From a virus (lineage: Duplodnaviria; Heunggongvirae; Uroviricota; Caudoviricetes), in the IMG/VR virus record IMGVR_UViG_3300021426_000084: DNA of 64,000 nt, one strand, 5' to 3'. Below are positions 57,373-64,000 of the stretch, one piece after another. The number at the start of each line of letters is the position of its first letter. Within the stretch, counting starts at the first letter, position 1. Made by a program: the position numbers and the translations under genes. Below the pieces are notes generated by a model. That model was not told the origin of the DNA. It searched no databases and was given only the letters and a program-made list of their open reading frames with translations.

Positions 57373-57674
57373 TGCAACCGTCTGATACACAGATGGCTGC
57401 CGCCATGGATGTAATCAAAGCATATTATCGAAACATCATAGAAAATCCGAACGAAAATGCTACGATTTCCACGATGGTAGCCACCACGCTGGCTGTGATT
57501 GAATGGAAACGGTATGTGCCCGAAGAAACCGTGTACTGTTCAGAGTTTAATAGCATTACTTTGAACGATGCTCTTGATAAACTATTGACAGACGTTAAAA
57601 AAGCCACTGCCAGTCAAGATAAAGCCGTGGCGGACGTAGCTCGCAAATGTTTCCGGGCGCTAATGCTTTTATAG
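57372..57674 (+). CDS. hypothetical protein
   Basis: 100-aa ORF with ATGA-type overlap. Confidence 0.45.
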   Translation: MQPSDTQMAAAMDVIKAYYRNIIENPNENATISTMVATTLAVIEWKRYVPEETVYCSEFNSITLNDALDKLLTDVKKATASQDKAVADVARKCFRALMLL

Positions 57675-57690
57675 AGTGAAGGTGGTAAAA

Positions 57691-57849
57691 GTGAAGGAGT
57701 TAAGAGTAGAAACTGTTCTGTACCTTCCCATGGAAGAAGGAGAAACTCAGGATGATGCCGAGTTAAGATTCCTTGGACTTTTGGACGAAGTAGGCATCGA
57801 ATGTTCCTATGGCGCTTCAAAGTTTGAAGAAAGGGATTTGGATGAATAA
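57691..57849 (+). CDS. 52-aa acidic hypothetical protein
   Basis: not in track; GTG 57691 after gaaggtgg. Confidence 0.35.
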   Translation: MKELRVETVLYLPMEEGETQDDAELRFLGLLDEVGIECSYGASKFEERDLDE

Positions 57850-58123
57850 ATATATCAAGTTCAAAAAGCGTTATCCGGCAGAATATCATTTCGGTATTTC
57901 GGCGCTCAAAACGTGTCCCATTACAGGAAAATTTGATCGAAATGAGATTTACAGCAATAAATGGATAAACGAAGTGCGTGCGCAGCATTTAACAGAAAGA
58001 ACGCATCCTGATTGGAAAAAATTTCGCAGATATGATTTAGAACTGGCATGGGGTAAACATCGCGGCATCAAAGAATGGGTGAGCGCTTTAATCATTAACG
58101 GAAAGGTAGTTGACGTGCATTGA
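57842..58123 (+). CDS. hypothetical protein
   Basis: ATG 57842 after gaagaaaggg. Confidence 0.45.
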   Translation: MNKYIKFKKRYPAEYHFGISALKTCPITGKFDRNEIYSNKWINEVRAQHLTERTHPDWKKFRRYDLELAWGKHRGIKEWVSALIINGKVVDVH

Positions 58124-58467
58124 TTTACACAAGTTACTTTGCCAAAATGCGTAAGATGACGCCGGAGCAGCAGGCTAAATGTATGAGCATCGCCCGCTTT
58201 ACTCCGAAAGGCGTCAATATTCCTATCAATACGATGCTGGCACCGGGATGGGAAATTCTTAAAGCTTACAAGGAAGATGGCAACGAAGAAAAGTACACGA
58301 AGGCTTACCAGGAATACCTTAAGACCCTCAACGTACATAAAGTCGGCGCCAGTATGCAGGACAGAATTCTCCTGTGTTATGAGAAGCCAGAGACTTTTTG
58401 TCACCGTCATATATTGGCCAAATGGCTAAGCGACCACGGTTATAAATGCGAGGAGCTGGAGGTTTGA
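58120..58467 (+). CDS. hypothetical protein
   Basis: 115-aa ORF with ATGA overlap. Confidence 0.5.
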   Translation: MIYTSYFAKMRKMTPEQQAKCMSIARFTPKGVNIPINTMLAPGWEILKAYKEDGNEEKYTKAYQEYLKTLNVHKVGASMQDRILLCYEKPETFCHRHILAKWLSDHGYKCEELEV

Positions 58468-58778
58468 TGGAACTAATAATAGCTATCTGGTTCAGTCTTC
58501 TAGTAACGGTGCCTATATGGTCAAGAGAACTTGGAACGAACGAAGCTATAAGCGGAATAATCTATGCCATAATGTTCACCATAACGTTTGTTGTAGGATA
58601 TTGGCTCGATGAAGCTGACCGTGCTGATAAAGAAAGAATAAATCAGTTATTCGATAAAATAGACAAGGATATGTATAATTTAGCATGTAGGCCTAGCGAC
58701 GAAGAAATGAAAAAAGATATTGAAGAAGCCAAAAAGATTGTTATCGGGCAATCAGAAAGGGAAAAATTAATGTTATGA
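58467..58778 (+). CDS. membrane protein
   Basis: ATG 58467 overlaps the upstream stop; two TM helices. Confidence 0.5.
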   Translation: MELIIAIWFSLLVTVPIWSRELGTNEAISGIIYAIMFTITFVVGYWLDEADRADKERINQLFDKIDKDMYNLACRPSDEEMKKDIEEAKKIVIGQSEREKLML

Positions 58779-59008
58779 GTAGCTTTGGCAGTTATGAAGC
58801 TTGTTCAACAGTATGTCAATGTCACGATTGCAGGTTGCAGAATAGTGTTCCTTGTAATCCATGTATCTGTTGTGAAGGAATACACGAAAGCGAATTGACC
58901 GATTATGACATTGAATGTGGCAGCTGCGGTTATAAGATGCGCGGCGAATATTGCGAAACAAGAGAAAAATGGGAAAGAAAACATAAAAAATGTGGAGGTG
59001 CAGAATGA
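58775..59008 (+). CDS. Cys-rich small protein
   Basis: 14 Cys in 77 aa (CQCHDC...CNPCICCEG...CGSCG...). Confidence 0.45.
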   Translation: MSSFGSYEACSTVCQCHDCRLQNSVPCNPCICCEGIHESELTDYDIECGSCGYKMRGEYCETREKWERKHKKCGGAE

Positions 59009-59862
59009 AGACAGCAGAACAAATCTTAATGAAATATTACGAACAGCTCAAGAAAGTCAATCCCAATCTTGAAGTAGAAGGGTATTATCCTTATTACTTT
59101 GTTTTTAACCAGGATGTGTTGCATTTTTATTCTACAAAACTTAATAGCGACAGAAAACATGACTGGACGTTTGGCATCTGGGCTCGCTACGACAAGAGTG
59201 GAAACATCACTGGCTGCACGTATTTTGGTGAAGCAAACGAGTTTGTGGATAAGTTTAAGCCGAGCCGTACAAATATCTCCACGGACAGCGCGGAGGTATT
59301 TCTGAGAAAAGTCGCAGAGCTGGAAAAAGACCCCAAGCAAGGGTTTATTGACGAATATTTTGCTGACGATGATACGGACGGCGTGGAAGAATACAACGAA
59401 TATTTTGCCGAGAAAGAGCGCAAGGAAAAAATAAAGGAAAAATGTCTTGAGCTCTTAAAAACAGAGCTTCCCCGCCTTGCAAAAGAAGCCGGATTAGGAC
59501 TTCGTGGCATTGCTATCGAGGACCAAAATTGGAACACCGGATGGTTGGTAAGTCCCCGTTACCGAATTCACGGATGGGAAAGCTGCAAAACGGCTAAGAC
59601 AGCTACCAATAAATACTGGCAGGATTTTGAAGACAGAATTCTTACGCCGTACAACAAAAAGTTGGAGAGTTTGGCGGGAGATTTTGGATGGCTTGTTCGT
59701 AGTGTTTTCGAGATTGATACGTACGAGGTCAAGCTTTGGACAAAACAGGATGATATCTGTCGTCGCGGGCGATACATTACATTCTTTGAACCTCCGATTA
59801 AAAGCCAAAAACATCCGAGAAAAATCATGATTGCAAAAGCAAAGAAGGGAATGCGGCAATAA
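59005..59862 (+). CDS. hypothetical protein
   Basis: ATG 59005 after ggaggtgcagaa. Confidence 0.55.
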   Translation: MKTAEQILMKYYEQLKKVNPNLEVEGYYPYYFVFNQDVLHFYSTKLNSDRKHDWTFGIWARYDKSGNITGCTYFGEANEFVDKFKPSRTNISTDSAEVFLRKVAELEKDPKQGFIDEYFADDDTDGVEEYNEYFAEKERKEKIKEKCLELLKTELPRLAKEAGLGLRGIAIEDQNWNTGWLVSPRYRIHGWESCKTAKTATNKYWQDFEDRILTPYNKKLESLAGDFGWLVRSVFEIDTYEVKLWTKQDDICRRGRYITFFEPPIKSQKHPRKIMIAKAKKGMRQ

Positions 59863-59864
59863 AA

Positions 59865-60047
59865 GTGAGTAATTTAGATACTTCTAGAAGAGAGTTTTGG
59901 GACTTTATAGGTGATGCTGTTAAAAAGAATAATAACATTTATTGTAAGAATTGCCCTGCTTATAGTGCATGTAATGCTAGGTGTCATCTTTCGTGTGCAG
60001 AAGCTCTTAGGTACTATTACGAACATTTGGGTACTGAGGAAATATGA
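59865..60047 (+). CDS. small Cys-rich protein (C-x2-CPA family member 4)
   Basis: CKNCPAYSACNARC. Confidence 0.4.
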   Translation: MSNLDTSRREFWDFIGDAVKKNNNIYCKNCPAYSACNARCHLSCAEALRYYYEHLGTEEI

Positions 60048-60059
60048 GGAGCTGATTTT

Positions 60060-60308
60060 ATGAAATGCATAATCAAAAGCATGCAGTATCGAAAGATAGA
60101 AAATCTTATCGATGAATACGCAAAAACCATTCTTAAAGCTGGCTTCACGTTGGAACGACTTGATGAAGGCGAAAATGCCAAGCTCTTGATTGAACTTGAC
60201 TATATGGAAGATTTAAAGAGATTGGCTGATGCTGTAGAACGTAACATTGTTTTTGAGTCACAGCGTTCTCACAACGACATCTATCCAACTCTTACCATTT
60301 ATTTATGA
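60060..60308 (+). CDS. hypothetical protein
   Basis: 82-aa ORF. Confidence 0.45.
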   Translation: MKCIIKSMQYRKIENLIDEYAKTILKAGFTLERLDEGENAKLLIELDYMEDLKRLADAVERNIVFESQRSHNDIYPTLTIYL

Positions 60309-60323
60309 GAGGAGGAGTAACTT

Positions 60324-60692
60324 ATGGCTATTGTGGTTAAAAACAGTATCGCCCATGCTAATTGGAGACGAATTCTTGCTCGCTACCCGCGTCTTATCGC
60401 CTGCATGATAGAAGAATCTTTGGGGTATTTCACACCGCACGCTGCAGCCGAAGCTATCCGGGCGCATAAAACCAATGGTTATTGGGGGTGCGAATGGTAT
60501 ACCCATATTGACTCAGTTCAAAATCCGGGCAAGACCTGGGATGACAGCTATAATGACCGCATCAAGAAGATTAACCATGAGATTATCAGCGATGCATTTT
60601 CGCGCCGAAAATATTATCGTTCAGAACAGGCACGTCACGTTGTACAACTGAATCTGAACGGGAAAGAATCTGTTGGCGCAGCTTGGTTTTGA
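60324..60692 (+). CDS. hypothetical protein
   Basis: SD gaggaggag. Confidence 0.5.
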   Translation: MAIVVKNSIAHANWRRILARYPRLIACMIEESLGYFTPHAAAEAIRAHKTNGYWGCEWYTHIDSVQNPGKTWDDSYNDRIKKINHEIISDAFSRRKYYRSEQARHVVQLNLNGKESVGAAWF

Positions 60693-60988
60693 AGAAGGAG
60701 AAAAAATTGAAAAAGTTTTTTGCCGCAGTATTATTAACAGCCGCTATTTTTTGCACTGGTTGTGGCGGAGATAAAAAATTGATTGACAATGGGGATACAA
60801 CTTTTATTGACTTACCTGCGGGAGAAAAATTTGTGAATTTTGCTCATAGCAGTGTCAATGGTTATGTTGTCCATCGAAAAAGACGAGCAAGTGAAGAACC
60901 TGAAGAGTATGTAATTGATTTGGTTCATACAGACGGTTTCGGATATAGCGAGCAAACAAGTGAAGTCTTTGTTGTTCGTGAACATTAA
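60683..60988 (+). CDS. putative lipoprotein (alternative TTG start at 60706)
   Basis: KKFFAAVLLTAAIFCTGCGG signal peptide plus lipobox-like Cys. Confidence 0.5.
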   Translation: MVLKKEKKLKKFFAAVLLTAAIFCTGCGGDKKLIDNGDTTFIDLPAGEKFVNFAHSSVNGYVVHRKRRASEEPEEYVIDLVHTDGFGYSEQTSEVFVVREH

Positions 60989-61005
60989 GGAAGGAGAGTT
61001 GAAAT

Positions 61006-61242
61006 ATGAAAGTATATGCATTAGTAAGCTGGGCACACGATGGCGCATCTCTGTGTGATGTTTTTGATTCAAGAGAAAAAGCTCATAAAGCTTTTTACGA
61101 AACTCTTGATAATATGTTCTATTCCGATGAAATAGCAGACGGCGACTTAGTGGATGATATTACCGAACTTCATTTTTGGGACAATAAAGAACACTGCGAA
61201 GCTGAATACGAATTAAAACTTGTCGAAAAAGAACTTAAATGA
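61006..61242 (+). CDS. small protein, paralog of 61720-61965
   Basis: MKVYALVSWAHDGASLCDVFD vs MKVYALVEWGHEGAYLCDVFD. Confidence 0.5.
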   Translation: MKVYALVSWAHDGASLCDVFDSREKAHKAFYETLDNMFYSDEIADGDLVDDITELHFWDNKEHCEAEYELKLVEKELK

Positions 61243-61320
61243 GGTTGTTAACATGTCTTTGGATAAAGTCATTGTTCATGGCAAAGAGTACCACAAGTCT
61301 AATAAGTCATGGGAAAGGGA

Positions 61321-61704
61321 ATGATGAGCATGAATAGCAATTTAACCTGGGTAGAGGCTAAGCTCAAAAAATGTCCCTGCTGTGGCGCTTCTGTAGAATT
61401 CAAGGTCCGCGAGTATGCCGGCTACAATAAGCATGCTCACATTCATTGTCCTGCTTGTGGACTACGTTCTCGTTATGAATGTGTGGATGATCTGAATGAA
61501 ATACGCATGCTGGTTCGTGACTGGAACCAGCGAGTTGACCAGTCAAATGAGAATTATCTGGTATGGCGTAAAGCCAAATATATCGCTTTGTGGCCGGTAT
61601 TTATGATTCCCACGTACGCAATGGCGATAGTAGCTACTATAGGTAAAGTCTGTGATGTAGCTTCTGACAACTTGCTTAAAGCATATAGAGATTTTGTTAG
61701 ATAG
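61321..61704 (+). CDS. Lar-family restriction-alleviation-like zinc-ribbon protein with C-terminal TM helix
   Basis: CPCCGASVEF...CPACGLRS...IRMLVRDWNQRV resembles Lar (CPFCG..., ...WNRR). Confidence 0.45.
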   Translation: MMSMNSNLTWVEAKLKKCPCCGASVEFKVREYAGYNKHAHIHCPACGLRSRYECVDDLNEIRMLVRDWNQRVDQSNENYLVWRKAKYIALWPVFMIPTYAMAIVATIGKVCDVASDNLLKAYRDFVR

Positions 61705-61719
61705 GGAGGCAGTAAGGTT

Positions 61720-61965
61720 ATGAAGGTATACGCATTAGTCGAATGGGGCCACGAAGGCGCCTATCTGTGCGATGTATTTGACACATACACAGAAGCAAGG
61801 AAAGCTTTCTTCGAGCACTTAAAGAATAGCGGCTACGACATTGAAGAGGGCGATCTTCGGGATGGCGACGAAATGTACTTCTGTGATGATCCGGAAGAAG
61901 GGCATTGTAATGCCGAATATGAACTTGAGCTTGTTGAAAGAGAAGTCAAGCAAGCGAAAAAATGA
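61720..61965 (+). CDS. small protein, paralog of 61006-61242
   Basis: see 61006. Confidence 0.5.
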   Translation: MKVYALVEWGHEGAYLCDVFDTYTEARKAFFEHLKNSGYDIEEGDLRDGDEMYFCDDPEEGHCNAEYELELVEREVKQAKK

Positions 61966-61982
61966 TGAAGGGAGCCATAAAA

Positions 61983-62234
61983 ATGACAGAAAACAAGAAA
62001 GTCATTATGATAGATGAGGTTTCCATCTCATATCGCAGTGACGGCACAATCGTGTATGATACAGATGAGCCGACGGACGATTACATGGAAGTTGCCCGCA
62101 AAATGGCGCGAATAATCTATAGCGCTATAAAAATGAAAGAAGCACATGAGGGCGAACTATCAGCTGGAGAATCAGGGGCTCTTAAAGGCGAAATAACAAG
62201 TGCTTTTACAGGCACTATTCTGCTGGAAAAATAG
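61983..62234 (+). CDS. hypothetical protein
   Basis: ATG 61983 after gaagggagcc. Confidence 0.45.
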   Translation: MTENKKVIMIDEVSISYRSDGTIVYDTDEPTDDYMEVARKMARIIYSAIKMKEAHEGELSAGESGALKGEITSAFTGTILLEK

Positions 62235-62247
62235 AGGAGTGCGCCTT

Positions 62248-62427
62248 ATGAGCCTTGACAAAGCAATTCTGCATCATAAAGAACACCGCAAGCCATATCA
62301 CGGCGCCAAAGCGGTAGACCATACCTGCCGCAATCATGGCAGCTGCGAACATTGCAAGAGTAATCGGCTGCATAAATACGAGCGGCAGAAGCCATTGGAG
62401 GAAAAAGATGATAAAATTAATCGATAA
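62248..62427 (+). CDS. small Cys/His-rich basic protein
   Basis: HTCRNHGSCEHCKSNRLH. Confidence 0.4.
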   Translation: MSLDKAILHHKEHRKPYHGAKAVDHTCRNHGSCEHCKSNRLHKYERQKPLEEKDDKINR

Positions 62428-62674
62428 AAATGCCGCAGCAACAGCCTGTAAGAAAGTTTACAAAGACATGATTGATGCCGCTAAGGTTCTAACTCTGGTA
62501 ACGTTATCCTGCTCATTGGTTGCTATGTTAATGGCAGGAGTGTTGCACGGTTTTCTGGGAATGATGGGAGAAACTGCGCAGCTTATTTGCTGGATTATCG
62601 GAGCAATCGTATCGTTGGCGATTTTACTCTTTTTTATCGAGTATGATGTTGCCAGAGAATCCATGAAAAGATAA
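62408..62674 (+). CDS. small membrane protein
   Basis: two TM helices. Confidence 0.45.
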   Translation: MIKLIDKNAAATACKKVYKDMIDAAKVLTLVTLSCSLVAMLMAGVLHGFLGMMGETAQLICWIIGAIVSLAILLFFIEYDVARESMKR

Positions 62675-62701
62675 TTGTAAATTTAAGAAGGTGAAGACAA
62701 A

Positions 62702-63331
62702 ATGCCTAATTGGTGTTCAACCAATATCGAATTCAGAGGCCCCGAAAAAGATATCAAGAAGCTGTACGAGTTCATTGATAATAAAAACGGTGAACAGGTT
62801 CCGAATATCGAAACAGATTTCGGCGCAAGATGGTTAGGATATTATCTTTTGCGAGTCGGCCTTAGCGATGAGCGATATAATTGCCGGGGTACTGTTGCGG
62901 ATTTAAGCAAAATTAGTGCTACCGATAATGCGTTTGAGTTTAAAATCTGGACAGAAACAGCCTGGGGGCCGATGATTCAAATGTGGCTTGCAATCATCAA
63001 AAAGTTGGAGCTTAACGGTATCCAAGTCGCATATAGCGCCGTAGAACCGGGATGCGAAGTCTATCAGACCAACGATCCGGAGCAGGCTAAACTTTACGTC
63101 GTAGACCTTTACGACGAAGATGAGGTTGATAAAAAGATAGTAGATGCTTTAGGCTTTGACGATTTTCAGGACGTAACGGAAGAGCAGCTGCGTGAGGGGC
63201 TGCTTGAAGTATTTCCCGGCGAAGATAATCTTTCGACGGAGGCTCTTATCAAGAAACTGGATAAACTAACCGGTGACGGTGGCATCAATATCTGTAAATG
63301 GAGTTATGTTCCGGCAGAAGAGCAGGGCTAA
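62702..63331 (+). CDS. hypothetical protein
   Basis: 209-aa ORF with SD gaaggtgaagac. Confidence 0.55.
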   Translation: MPNWCSTNIEFRGPEKDIKKLYEFIDNKNGEQVPNIETDFGARWLGYYLLRVGLSDERYNCRGTVADLSKISATDNAFEFKIWTETAWGPMIQMWLAIIKKLELNGIQVAYSAVEPGCEVYQTNDPEQAKLYVVDLYDEDEVDKKIVDALGFDDFQDVTEEQLREGLLEVFPGEDNLSTEALIKKLDKLTGDGGINICKWSYVPAEEQG

Positions 63332-63384
63332 AAACCAACGTCACCAAAAAGTAACTTTAGAGAAAGAAGGACGTTGCGATTTAG

Positions 63385-64000
63385 ATGGAAATAGATAATC
63401 ATATTCAGAGCATGGCTCAACGCATATATCACCTGATGATGGATAAAGAAACATTCACACTAAAAGAGCTGAATGAAGCCATTACAGATAAGCCGGCCTC
63501 AACGCTTCGGGCCAGAGTGTATGATAATCTTGGTACTATGTTCCAGAGAGTTGGCCGCGGAGTATATGCCGTTATAGAAGATAATGGTTCTGCGGTGGTA
63601 GCAATGAACGGTGACGGACGAGATTTAAGTATGCTTAATGATAATTCTTTTGATGCTATCATTACTGACCATCCTTACGAAGACAAGAAAAGTCTTAAAG
63701 GCGGCAGCCGTGATTTTGCCAATTACGAGCTCTTTAAGTACACGCAGGAAGATTTTGATGAAAAGGCTCGAGTACTAAAAGACGGAGCATTTCTTGTCGA
63801 GTTCTTTGCCGAGGAAAATGTTAATAACTATGACTACATTTATCAGTGCAAGAAGATGGCAGAGAAGGCCGGGTTCAAATATTACGCTACCGTGCCGTGG
63901 ACAAAAGGGACTTTTGTGGCCAATACGGGGCGGAAAGCAAAAAATATGGAGCAGGTAGTTATCTTCACAAAAGGTGAGCCGCGCAGACTGCGACCCGACA
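63385..64000 (+). CDS. DNA methyltransferase, N-terminal part (amino-MTase, non-canonical D-H-P-Y motif IV); continues past the window end
   Basis: open frame from ATG 63385 to 64000 (not in track because incomplete); SFDAIITDHPYED resembles S.D.I.TDPPY. Confidence 0.5.
   Translation, partial: MEIDNHIQSMAQRIYHLMMDKETFTLKELNEAITDKPASTLRARVYDNLGTMFQRVGRGVYAVIEDNGSAVVAMNGDGRDLSMLNDNSFDAIITDHPYEDKKSLKGGSRDFANYELFKYTQEDFDEKARVLKDGAFLVEFFAEENVNNYDYIYQCKKMAEKAGFKYYATVPWTKGTFVANTGRKAKNMEQVVIFTKGEPRRLRPD

Overview
The window is a densely packed, almost entirely plus-strand array of about 130 small genes with strong Shine-Dalgarno sites (AGGAGG-like), frequent TTG/GTG starts and many overlapping ATGA/GTGA junctions. 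This architecture, plus a tRNA cluster (30.3-31.8 kb and 39.8-42.5 kb), a phage-borne tmRNA (35997-36399) and nucleotide/DNA-metabolism genes, points to a large dsDNA phage or prophage of a low-GC Gram-positive-like host. Recognisable products include NAD-dependent DNA ligase, RdgB/Ham1 pyrophosphatase, NrdG activase, a Sir2-like protein, a PARG-like macrodomain, a SLOG-fold protein, SppA/S49 peptidase, an SPFH/band-7 protein, a Pol-beta nucleotidyltransferase, a SAM methyltransferase, two HAD hydrolases, a Lar-like anti-restriction protein and a partial DNA methyltransferase. The most unusual locus is a free-standing reverse transcriptase (18438-19706) sandwiched between the PARG-like gene and a 450-bp non-coding region built from three tandem hairpin-plus-conserved-motif units, followed by a Zn-ribbon protein and the SLOG protein. 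This is a candidate novel RT/ncRNA module, not a canonical DGR, retron or group II intron. Other curiosities: a 2.5-kb structured non-coding block with tRNA-like pseudo-elements upstream of the tmRNA; tRNA-like elements carrying two T-arms; a tRNA with an apparent CUA anticodon; a 49-bp-periodic hairpin repeat array between duplicated gene cassettes; a 30-nt motif encoding a shared PEELEEMLE C-terminus at three consecutive gene junctions; and several paralog families and duplicated modules. All calls are from reading the sequence by eye, and no database searches were run.
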